Of a DNA stretch of 64,000 bases, positions 13,401 through 24,410 are shown one piece after another. Origin of the DNA: Macrostomum lignano (taxonomy: Eukaryota). The notes beneath the pieces were generated by a model. The model saw only the letters and a program-made list of their open reading frames with translations, was not told the origin of the DNA and searched no databases. Every line of letters begins with the position of its first letter. Within the stretch, counting starts at the first letter, position 1. The position numbers and the translations under genes were made by a program. Location: NCBI GenBank assembly GCA_002269645.1, contig NIVC01001465.1, positions 62,001 to 126,000 of the forward strand, read 5' to 3'.

Positions 13401-14916
13401 GGGAGTTTAGGCGCGCCACTCTTGAGTGTTTAGCGGCACCAGTCTTGAGTGTTTAGCGGCACCAGTCTTGAGTGTTTAGCGGCACCAGTCTTGAGTGTTT
13501 AGCGGCACCAGTCTTGAGTGTTTAGCGGCACCAGTCTTGAGTGTTTAGCGGCACCAGTCTTGAGTGTTTAGCGGCACCAGTCTTGAGTGTTTAGCGGCAC
13601 CAGTCTTGAGTGTTTAGCGGCACCAGTCTTGAGTGTTTAGCGGCACCAGTCTTGAGTGTTTAGCAGCACCAGTCTTGAGTGTTTAGCGGCACCAGTCTTG
13701 AGTGTTTAGCGGCACCAGTCTTGAGTGTTTAGCGGCACCAGTCTTGAGTGTTTAGCGGCACCAGTCTTGAGTGTTTAGCGGCACCAGTCTTGAGTGTTTA
13801 GCGGCACCAGTCTTGAGTGTTTAGCGGCACCAGTCTTGAGTGTTTAGCAGCAACACTCTTTAGTGTTTAGGGGCGCCAAGCTTGGATGTTTAAGGGCGTC
13901 ACTCTTGGATGTTTAAGGGCGTCACTCTTCGGTAAAAATTGGGTATCAGGGGGTCGAACAAAGCGGCAATCAGGAGGTTACTTCCTTCTAGGCTTGCCCT
14001 AAATCTTTGATCTGCCGCTCTTACGCCAGAGCAGCTGCGAGCCCGCCGCATCTTTGAGTTGAAGCGGCCAGCTTGGCAATCTGATCCTTTCGCCCCGCCC
14101 CTGTTTGCGCCTCGGTCCTATTCGGTTGCGTCTAAAAACAGAAGAAATTTTCTTCAGAAGGCTTTCTTCACCCGGAGGAGAAGCCGGAGGTCTTTCTTCA
14201 CCGAAAAGCCTCTACTTGCTGCTCACCCTGCTGCGACTCGGCTATTTTTAGACTTAAGAGGCCGAACAGACAAGCTGAGACTGTTTTGCCGGGTCTAACT
14301 AGCGCCCAATTAAGCGAATTAATTTATTCTGTCAACAGGTGCGTCCACAGCTGAGCCCATCCACCCCCCCCCCCCCCTACCTCCAGCCGCTCCGGGCACT
14401 CAGGGTGCAGCGCGCGCGCCCCGCCGCAGCGACAGCGGTGCTCCAGCATGCCAGCGTCGAAGGCGACGGCGGTGGCAGTCGGCGGCCCCACGGACTCCTC
14501 GGCGATGGGCGACGGCAGGTTGATGACCGGCGTGCTGCTAGTCCGCTCGATGCTCTCCGACGGCTGCTCCGACGAGGACGAGGAGGAGGCGGCGGCGGCG
14601 GCGGCGGCGGCTGCCATTGCGGCGGCGGTGGCGGCAGCGGCGGCGGCAGCGCTGGAGGCCGAGGGAAACTGCAGCAGCGCAGGGTGGCGCCAAGGCAGCG
14701 CCAGGCCGGGCAGCGGCGCCGAGTTCGTCCGGCTGAGCGGCCGCGGCAGGCGGTGGTGGCGCAGGTGCAGCGGTGGCAGCGGCGGCGGTGGCGGGGGCGG
14801 CGGCAGCGGAGGGAGCGGCAGGGACAGCAACGGCAGTTGCGACTCATCGGGCATCGGCATCATCCACTGGTCGGCTCCGTGTTTGTGATGAACCTGCTGC
14901 TGCTGCTGCCAGAGAA

Positions 14917-14947
<31 letters not shown>

Positions 14948-15453
14948 CTGCACCTGCTGCTGGTGGTGGTGAAGCAGCAGCTGCTGGCGCAGGTTCGGCA
15001 TGGAGGCGTGGCACCACAGCAGCGGCGGCAGGCGGCTTGAAGCTCCGACTCCTCCGCTCCCGACGGCTGGTGGCGCCGCTTTGCTGCGCTGGCACCACCG
15101 CCGCCGCCGCTGCCGCCTCCGCCGAACGGGAGGCTGGATGCGTGAATTGGCCGCGGCTTCATCAAGCCGGCCCGCACCTTCAGGTTTGGCTCGGAGCGCG
15201 CCTTCCGCAGCAGGTCGCGGTAGCTGAGGCCGCCGCCGCTGCCGCCTTCGCCGCCTCCGCTGCCTGCGCTTCCGGCGCCGCCTTCGTTGCCGCTGCCGCC
15301 GCTGCCGCCCCCGCCGCCGTCAGAGGTCTCCGACGACGAGGATGGATGCTGCTGGCGACTGCGCCGGGTCAGCAGGAAGTCCTGCAGGCGGGCGCGCACC
15401 TCCGTGTGATTGATGCCGCCGTTGGCTTCCTCGGGTGGCACCGTCGAGTCCAT
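10426..15453 (-). CDS. HDAC4: Class IIa histone deacetylase (HDAC4/5/7-like), three coding exons: 15453-14381, 12243-11758, 11043-10426
   Basis: N-terminal RLQDFLL, 14-3-3-type motifs [17 protein letters not shown] and [12 protein letters not shown], a Q-rich tract, the class IIa Zn-module start (MLEHRCRCG...HPE), and catalytic motifs [30 protein letters not shown] and LEGGY. GT-AG junctions keep phase 0 (RLE|VVWRHL; GTQ|SAFYSD). Exon 1 has one frame discontinuity near 15010-15170. An upstream exon cannot be excluded. Confidence 0.92.
11250..11735. repeat. 41-bp intronic minisatellite with two largely alternating variants (HDAC intron 2)
   Basis: CAGGCCGCTGTGCTCATTGTGTGC(TAGC/GTGT)GTGACT(A/G)TGTGCT units. 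Confidence 0.93.
12500..12930. repeat. 34-37-bp A-rich minisatellite (AAAACAAATCATAACAAAAAGCAACAGCA..) in HDAC intron 1
   Basis: About 11-12 tandem copies. Confidence 0.93.
13365..13930. repeat. 23-bp minisatellite (AGTCTTGAGTGTTTAGCGGCACC) in HDAC intron 1
   Basis: Near-perfect core with diverged edge units. Confidence 0.95.
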
Positions 15454-15874
15454 GACTGGCAACCGAGCTCAGTTGGCGAGCGCTGCACCTGCTGAGCGCT
15501 TTTGTCCCGGGATGAAGGATAAGAGATGAGGCGCCCGAGTCAAGGTAGGACGGTGATTGGTCGAGCGGGCAGCCATTGGGAAAGCTGGGTCTGTCTGTCT
15601 TGTGGCTGTGGCAACCAAACTGAGGCCCGGCACTGACTTTGACACTGGAAGCGGAGGTTTGGAGTTGGAGACTCTGGCAGGGGGGGGGGTCGCATAGAGG
15701 CGCAACGGGACACCGCGGATGCGGAAGCAGCAGAGCCTGGCATCGCTGGCGCTATCACGTGTCAGCAAACAGCCAGGATAGGGTTCACAGTTTGTTTACC
15801 TGCTTCTCATTTGCCTGGTATCTGTCACATTAATGCGACCCTAGACCATATTCCAGTGTTACCATGCTCATTCA

Positions 15875-16560
15875 CCAGAATTGTGAGTCACTGTAACAAC
15901 TCTCATTCACCAGAGTTTTGAGTCACTGTAACAACTCTCATTCACCAGAGTTGTGAGTCACTGTAACAACTCTCATTCACCAGAATTGTGAGTCACTGTA
16001 ACAACTCTCATTCACCACAATTGTGAGTCACTGTAACAACTCTCATTCACCAGAATTGTGAGTCACTGTAACAACTCTCATTCACCACAATTGTGAGTCA
16101 CTGTAACAACTCTCATTCACCAGAGTTGTGAGTCACTGTAACAACTCTCATTCACCAGAATTGTGAGTCACTGTAACAACTCTCATTCACCAGAGTTGTG
16201 AGTCACTGTAACAACTCTCATTCACCAGAATTGTGAGTCACTGTAACAACTCTCATTCACCAGAATTGTGAGTCACTGTAACAACTCTCATTCACCAGAA
16301 TTGTGAGTCACTGTAACAACTCTCATTCACCAGAATTGTGAGTCACTGTAACAACTCTCATTCACCAGAATTGTGAGTCACTGTAACAACTCTCATTCAC
16401 CAGAATTGTGAGTCACTGTAACAACTCTCATTCACCAGAATTGTGAGTCACTGTAACAACTCTCATTCACCAGAATTGTGAGTCACTGTAACAACTCTCA
16501 TTCACCAGAATTGTGAGTCACTGTAACAACTCTCATTCACCAGAATTGTGAGTCACTCAG
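15875..16560. repeat. 35-bp minisatellite (TTGTGAGTCACTGTAACAACTCTCATTCACCAGAA), about 19 copies
   Basis: Tandem copies, each containing TGAGTCA. Confidence 0.96.
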
Positions 16561-17104
16561 ACAACTCCCATTCACCGCAATTGTGAATTGTTATAAAAAC
16601 TGTGTGAGTCACAGAAATTTTGAGTCACTACGATATTCTCTTTTCTTAGATTGGTAAATGACATAACATTCTCATTTACCGAAATGGCGTCAACTGTAGC
16701 ATTTTAAAAAATCAATTTATCACTTTTAAAAATGTTTCACAAATGAACAGATGGGATTCTGAAATGGGATCGCGAATAAATTATAGTATAAACTGACACG
16801 AAAACAACCTTATCAGCAGAAAACAAGATAAAAAAGCTGTTGCCTGAATCCGTCACTCCAGCCTGCATTCCCGCACCTGCGATCAAAATCTATCAAATTG
16901 CTCTCAGTAAATATTATTTTTATAATTCCAACCAGTTCCGCGAGAATTGTGAACTAAGGCCTGGGGTCAAGTTGCAACCTCACGCGAACAACAGGCCCTG
17001 CAAGCTTCCGGGTTGAAAAATTCCGGTTATGTCTAAAGTATGCTACTAATGAAAGTAGGAAAACCCGCATTACAAGCTGCATCTCAGTCTCTATAGCTGA
17101 ATTC

Positions 17105-17850
17105 CGACTCATGACTCGCTCAATGGATTCACAGCTCCCTTAATGGACTCATGACTCATTCAATGGACTCATGACTCATTCAATGGACTCATGACTCATT
17201 CAATGGACTCATGACTCATTCAATGGACTCATGACTCATTCAATGGACTCATGACTCATTCAATGGACTCTTGACTCATTCAATGGACTCATGACTCATT
17301 CAATGGACTCATGACTCATTCAATGGACTCTTGACTCATTCAATGGACTCATGACTCATTCAATGGACTCATGACTCATTCAATGGACTCATGACTCATT
17401 CAATGGACTCTTGACTCATTCAATGGACTCATGACTCATTCAATGGACTCATGACTCATTCAATGGACTCATGACTCATTCAATGGACTCATGACTCATT
17501 CAATGGACTCATGACTCATTCAATGGACTCATGACTCATTCAATGGACTCATGACTCATTCAATGGACTCATGACTCATTCAATGGACTCTTGACTCATT
17601 CAATGGACTCATGACTCATTCAATGGACTCATGACTCATTCAATGGACTCATGACTCATTCAATGGACTCATGACTCATTCAATGGACTCATGACTCATT
17701 CAATGGACTCATGACTCATTCAATGGACTCATGACTCATTCAATGGACTCATGACTCATTCAATGGACTCATGACTCATTCAATGGACTCATGACTCATT
17801 CAATGGACTCATGACTCATTCAATGGACTCATGACTCATTCAATGGACTC
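17105..17850. repeat. 20-bp minisatellite (CAATGGACTCATGACTCATT), about 36 copies
   Basis: Near-perfect tandem copies; most contain TGACTCA. Confidence 0.96.
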
Positions 17851-18182
17851 AAGGCTCACTAGATAGCATCAAAACACAGAATAAACTTGGCCACTCACCG
17901 AACTCTCAATTCTGCAGACAAAGATGGCAAAGCAACTTACGAGTATCAACACATAAACTGATGTACTCTGATGTACTCTGATGTACTCTCATGGAAAATC
18001 TGCATACTCTCACGTAGCAAGCATCTCAGCCATGCACCCATCTTCCGGAATAGATTAAACGATAATTAAACGGTTTCACACCGCGGCTGAGTAGCAGAAT
18101 TGCAGCATCAGCGTGCAGAAAATTTGCTTCAAAAACAGAGCATCAAGCCGGGAGAAACTTTTAAGATTCACAGGTAGGGGAG

Positions 18183-18661
18183 TCTCGCTCGGGCCCGGAG
18201 GCAGCAGTCGATCAGTCTGCTTCCACAGCTGGCGCGTCCTCAGTCCCAGTTCACAGAGTCCCGAGCTGCATTCGCATTTGCACAGCCCGAGACACCTGCT
18301 GGGAGCTGCGTGGACTGCGAGACCAGCTGTGGTCCCAGAGAGCGGCCAACTGGACACCCCTGAGCACACCGGACGGTGTGATTGCGGGGTCGCTGGTGTC
18401 CGAGCGTTGGCGCCCTCCGGAACCGAAGCGAGAGGCTTCAGATGGAAAATTGGCGACGCCGCGGACTTGAAAGCCGCGGCATTGACGAAGTAAGCGAGTT
18501 AGAGGGGACACTTGTTCTTCGACAGGACCCACTTCCAGTCGGTCATGGTGTCAGCCGACTTGCGAAAGCAGATCCAACTGGCCTGCGCTCTCCGCTTGGA
18601 GGCCTCAGGGCGCTCCGGGGCGGCAGTTTTATGTTGCCCAAGCGCAGGTCTATTTTTAGCT
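18183..18661 (+). repeat. Dispersed ~480-bp GC-rich segment, copy 1
   Basis: Near-identical to 19928-20406 (inverted) and 21829-22274 (direct); contains a GTAAGC...TTCTTCGACAG 36-nt intron-like interval at 18490-18525. Confidence 0.92.
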
Positions 18662-18849
18662 CCGTGTGTCACTGCATGGCAAGGTTGTGAAACTCCGCTT
18701 CTCAAAATAGCCTCTGTAATTTCATCATGCCTGCGCTGCCACAGTACGTTAATTCTTTTTTTCTGAAATCATTACAGGTAGGGGGCGCTTACAAAAAGCT
18801 TAAGCTAAATTTATCCCGGTTTCAGGAGTCTCAAAGTGACTGGTGGACA

Positions 18850-19512
18850 TCACTGAACTGCCCTGAGACATTGTAGGCATTGTGAGAATTGTGAGCATTG
18901 TGAGCATTGTGAGCATTGTGAGAATTGTAGGCATTGTAAGCATTGTAGACATTGTAGGCATTGTGAGCATTGTGAGCATTGTGAGCATTGTGAGAATTGT
19001 AGGCATTGTAAGCATTGTAGACATTGTAGGCATTGTGAGCATTGTGAGCATTGTAGGCATTGTAAGCATTGTAGACATTGTAGGCATTGTGAGCATTGTG
19101 AGCATTGTGAGCATTGTGAGCATTGTAGGCATTGTGAGCATTGTGAGCATTGTAGGCATTTTAGGCATTGTAGGCATTGTAAGCATTGTGAGCATTGTAG
19201 GCATTGTGAGCATTGTAGGCATTGTAGGCATTGTGAGCATTGTGAGCATTGTGAGCATTGTAGGCATTGTGAGCATTGTGAGCATTGTAGGCATTGTAGG
19301 CATTGTAGGCATTGTGAGCATTGTAGGAATTGTGAGCATTGTAGGTATTGTAGGCATTGTAGGCATTGTGAGCATTGTGAGCATTGTAGGTATTGTAGGC
19401 ATTGTAGGCATTGTGAGCATTGTAGGCATTGTGAGCATTGTGAGCATTGTAGGCATTGTAGGCATTGTGAGCATTGTGAGCATTGTGAGCATTGTAGGCA
19501 TTGTAGGCATTG
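18850..19512. repeat. 9-bp repeat (CATTGTGAG / CATTGTAGG)
   Basis: Tandem 9-mers between copies 1 and 2 of the dispersed segment. Confidence 0.96.
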
Positions 19513-19927
19513 CGGCCATTTTGGGAATGGTTTTCAATCTAATTTGAATTGAATTGAGATCTGTGCAAAGTTGTCAAATTCCAAGCCAGTTGAGTCTGTG
19601 AGCAAGCTGTTTGATTCTAAGGGGTAGAATTCCCCTTTTCCCCTTTGAGTGAGATTGATTAGACAGCAGACAGCGGATGCATATAATGCACTTCATCTGC
19701 AGAAACTGCACCTGCCGCACAGTTACCTACAAAAATAGAACAACCGGATTGCCATCTGCATCTGTTAGAGCTTGAACAGTGAGCGCTTGGTTGCTATGCG
19801 TGTGGACTTTGAAGCGTCATCTTCTGTATGGCTAAAAATAGCACAAGCAGATATGCAGTTTCTGGGCTTTCGCCTTTGTGGCGCAACCCAGGGCCAAGCG
19901 TCACTCCGCTAATTTGAGCCAATCTGT

Positions 19928-20406
19928 AGCTAAAAATAGACCTGCGCTTGGGCAACATAAAACTGCCGCCCCGGAGCGCCCTGAGGCCTCCAAGCGGAGA
20001 GCGCAGGCCAGTTGGATCTGCTTTCGCAAGTCGGCTGACACCATGACCGACTGGAAGTGGGTCCTGTCGAAGAACAAGTGTCCCCTCTAACTCGCTTACT
20101 TCGTCAATGCCGCGGCTTTCAAGTCCGCGGCGTCGCCAATTTTCCATCTGAAGCCTCTCGCTTCGGTTCCGGAGGGCGCCAACGCTCGGACACCAGCGAC
20201 CCCGCAATCACACCGTCCGGTGTGCTCAGGGGTGTCCAGTTGGCCGCTCTCTGGGACCACAGCTGGTCTCGCAGTCCACGCAGCTCCCAGCAGGTGTCTC
20301 GGGCTGTGCAAATGCGAATGCAGCTCGGGACTCTGTGAACTGGGACTGAGGACGCGCCAGCTGTGGAAGCAGACTGATCGACTGCTGCCTCCGGGCCCGA
20401 GCGAGA
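19928..20406 (-). repeat. Dispersed ~480-bp GC-rich segment, copy 2 (inverted)
   Basis: Reverse complement of 18183-18661; identical peptides appear on opposite strands in the ORF track. Confidence 0.92.
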
Positions 20407-20582
20407 GTGTATGCACATGAGCTCACAGAAAAATGGAGTTTAAATATGTGAGATACGTACGTGTACAGTATACATGTACATGCACACTATGTATCCACAT
20501 GTGCAGTAACATGTACATGTACAGTATGTATTAACGATTCTATATGTACATTTTATATGTACATTTTATATGTACATGTATA

Positions 20583-21255
20583 TGTCAAGGCTTACGGGGG
20601 GGATTGCTGGGATGTCATGGCTTATAGGGGGGAATTGCTGAGATGTCAAAGCTTATGGGAGAATTGCTGGGATGTCAAGGCTTATGGGGAGGAATTGCTG
20701 AGATGTCAAGGCTTACGGGGGGAATTGCTGAGATGGCAAGGCTTATGGGGGGAATTGCTGAGATGTCAAGGCTTAGGGGGGGAATTGCTGAGATGGCAAG
20801 GCTTATGGGGGGAATTGCTGGGATGTCAAGGCTTATGGGGGGGGAATTGCTGAGATGTCAAGGCTTATGGGGGAATTGCTGAGATGTCAAGGCTTAGGGG
20901 GGAATTGCTGAGATGGCAAGGCTTATGGGGGGAATTGCTGGGATGTCAAGGCTTATGGGGGGGAATTGCTGAGATGTCAAGGCTTATGGGGGGAATTGCT
21001 GAGATGGCAAGGCTTACGGGGGTGAATTGCTGGGATGTCAAGGCTTATGGGGGGGGAATTGCTGAGATGTCAAGGCTTATGGGGGGAATTGCTGAGATGT
21101 CAAGGCTTAGGGGGGGAATTGCTGAGATGGCAAGGCTTATGGGGGGAATTGCTGAGATGGCAAGGCTTATGGGGGGAATTGCTGGGCAAGGCTTACGGGG
21201 GTGAATTGCTGAGATGTCAAGGCTTACGGGGGGAATTGCTGAGATGTCAAGGCTT
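20583..21255. repeat. 30-bp minisatellite (GAGATGTCAAGGCTTATGGGGGGAATTGCT)
   Basis: About 22 copies; two inverted units occur at about 21632-21690. Confidence 0.94.
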
Positions 21256-21828
21256 ATTCCAGTAAGGTACTGTTGGCCCAATGGTCCTTTTAAAAACGAA
21301 GCGAAATTGGCGTGAATATACTACTTAGAAGTAGCAGTAGTATCTCAAAATGAATATACTATTTGGTGAAGTCGAATACTAATTTAAGCTTAGCATTAGA
21401 ATTCCTAGGATTATCTTAGGTTTAGGGTTTTTTATCACAAACCTTGTAATTTCTGTAGCCGAGTGGCTTCACAAGCCCTAAATTTTTAAAGGCCAAAATA
21501 CTTTTGCATAGCACTTAAGCGCTTCACTCAGCGTTGTAAAGTATTCTGCTTCACAACGCCCTTAACGTGTATGTTAAAATACATTTGCATATAGACCTTA
21601 AAGGCTTAAAAGTTTTAAAGGCTTAAAAAATTCCCCCCTGTAAGCCTTGACATCTCAGCAATTCCCCCCGTAAGCCTTGAAATCTCAGCGATTGGGACAA
21701 GTGGGAAGCACCGGTACATTTAGTGGCATGCTAAAGTAGCTCGTAGTTTTCGAGTTCTCAAATAAACTAAGCCTCAAGTCCTGTCGAGAAGCAAGCGAAA
21801 CCCCTGATGCCACAGCATGCAGCGAGCA

Positions 21829-22274
21829 GGGGAGTCTCGCTCGGGCCCGGAGGCAGCAGTCGATCAGTCTGCTTCCACAGCTGGCGCGCCCTCAGTCCCA
21901 GTTCACAGAGTCCCGAGCTGCATTCGCATTTGCACAGCCCGAGACACCTGCTGGGAGCTGCGTGGACTGCGAGACCAGCTGTGGTCCCAGAGAGCGGCCA
22001 ACTGGACACCCCTGAGCACACCGGACGGTGTGATTGCGGGGTCGCTGGTGTCCGAGCGTTGGCGCCCTCCGGAACCGAAGCGAGAGGCTTCAGATGGAAA
22101 ATTGGCGACGCCGCGGACTTGAAAGCCGCGGCATTGACGAAGTAAGCGAGTTAGAGGGGACACTTGTTCTTCGACAGGACCCACTTCCAGTCGGTCATGG
22201 TGTCAGCCGACTTGCGAAAGCAGATCCAACTGGCCTGCGCTCTCCGCTTGGAGGCCTCAGGGCGCTCCGGGGCG
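21829..22274 (+). repeat. Dispersed GC-rich segment, copy 3
   Basis: Matches copy 1 apart from very few substitutions; diverges after GGCGCTCCGGGGCGG. Confidence 0.92.
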
Positions 22275-23697
22275 GGCAGCTTTATGCCCCAGCCCTCTTG
22301 TGTGGTGTGGGGTAGAGTTTCTGCGGGCGCGGCCGTGCTCATGCAGGGAGTGCAGCTCGACTGGCTCTTCTCTCTATTGTAATTACAGCTGTACGTTCGC
22401 TGCCATTGACAACGGCTCCATTAGCAGCGATAAGTACATGTAGCTCATTTTCTAGCTTGCAACACTTTTGTGGAATGTAAATACGCCACAGTACATATAC
22501 ACGTGTATTGCACTGACTGAAGGATTTGGCAAATGATGTGCACAGTTGTTTTTGCAGCTCAGGCTACGAGGCAGGAGTGCATTCAATGCATTTACTTTGC
22601 ACATATGTATCGATTTTTAATGTACTGCGCCGCCACCTCTGGAGACAAGGGGACGTACCCCCAGCCCCTACAGTAAAAGCTATGGGGGGGCATGCCAATG
22701 CAGCTTTGTCCCCCCCCCCCCCTACACTTCACCTTGTGACCCGTTGTGGAAATCAATAACTTTGCTTCACGGCGCCAAAATGAGTGCCTGCGCGGCGCCA
22801 AAATGAGAGAGTGCTAATTCAAACACAGATTCTCAAAATGTAGCCAAAAAAATCCATGGCGACACATGTAGCATGTATGTACGAGTGTGCAAGAAAAATT
22901 GTTATCCCACTGTTAAAGTGTAAACGTGACAACGGATCAAGAAAATTTCTCGATCCAAATTCCAGAACCAGAACACGGTTCTGGAACCGATTCTGAAAAC
23001 GGAACAGACAATATGAAAAGCTTCGAACCGATTCTGGTTCTTTGGAACTGCAGGTTCAATCGGTAATACGAAAAGCCTTATAGTGGAATAATCCCACCAC
23101 TGCTACCAAGCTGCTACCATACATTTACTATACGGGTAAATGTATATGCAGCACAGTGTAAATGCGTTATTCTTTCCTTGCATTGAAAGTGAATATTCTA
23201 TCAAATGTAGACGCGCGTCCCAAACCCGTTTATTTTTTATTTGTATGTAAATAAGGGTTTCACCCGCGGTGTTAATCGTTAACCCCGGGGTAGACCCCCC
23301 TTCTTTCTGCTCATTGTAACCCTATCTAACGCAGGATAACCCCTTTTCCACCTGGTGGCTCATCCAGTCTTTAAAAGATTCTGTGCTCGCCCCGCCTTGG
23401 CCAGACTCGATCGTAGAATCCCCATCCCGCCTTATTGTGTGGATCGAACATGCATGAACCTGCACTTGTCTTAAATTTCCAATACCCGAGGTCCCGTACC
23501 TGTAAGCCCAATTTACCAAAATCCCGACCAGAATTCTTTCCCTGACCAATAGCCAGTTGCGTTTAATTATTTTGGTTCTGCATTGCTATTTTAACACTTC
23601 TAATAAATTTAGCCGTAACAGCCAACATCTTTCCTGGCCGCAGCAATTTTCGACGTCGGCGACGTTGGCCGACGTTCCTGACGTCTATCTCAACCTC

Positions 23698-24410
23698 TAT
23701 GCTTGCGCCGTTCCTGTTCGTCCTGCGCTTGACTGGGTTCTGTGGAATGCTCTCCCTTCTAACGACGACCGCGTCGAGGGCGTCCAGCGCCATGCAGCTG
23801 GACCGGCTGGTGAGCGTTGCGGCGAGCGTCGACCTGGTGGTCAACACGCAGAAGACCGTCGTGCTCTGCGTGTCAGACGACATCGAGGCTGCTATTTTCT
23901 GCTGAGGCGTCAGCAGTTCGTCTACCTTGGCGATCTGGTGCCTGACGTTCGCTAGGACCTGCGATGTCGCTGTGGACTTGGCTGAGCTGCTTTCTGCTCT
24001 ATGAGAGCTGTCCTGCAGTCCGAGACCCTGCTTGACCGCCAGAGGGTGGCGTTGTTCCAGGCAGTGATCGAGACCATTCTGTTGGTTCAACACCGACGAA
24101 ACCTGGACGCCTGACGGATTCGCTCGAACAGCAGGTTGATGCGGCGCACGCTGGCCTGCTGCGCGCTGCCTTCAATATCGGCTACAAGCGAGTTACCAAC
24201 GCGGCAGTTTATCGCCGCACCGGGCCCTGTCCCCGTCCAGCGAAGTTTTGCGCCGTCGACGACTCTAGCTGGCAGGCCATGTTCATCTGAGCGGGGAAGG
24301 GACGCACTTGGCGTTTCGTCGACTGCATGCTGGCTGATGCCGGCGCCCCGGACACTGCCGACGCGCGGCCTACGTTCGCACCCAGGCCTTGAAGCGCGCC
24401 AGCTGTGACG
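23698..24410 (+). mobile_element. Decayed non-LTR retrotransposon (RTE-like) reverse transcriptase 3' fragment
   Basis: Frame-hopping peptides LAPFLFVL / LDWVLWNALPSNDD / QLDRLVSVAASVDLVVNTQKT / QQFVYLG / AVIETILL..ETWT follow the order of the RT C-terminal half. The YADD segment is deleted, and there are stops and frameshifts. Confidence 0.75.

Noticed and set aside
14339-15495. Plus-strand ORFs overlapping HDAC exon 1 (and similar antisense ORFs over the GT, transposase and LINE)
   Set aside because: Shadow ORFs from GC-rich coding sequence on the opposite strand.
18800-19547. MPT/MLT and IVS/IVG repeat ORFs
   Set aside because: 9-bp tandem repeat artefact.
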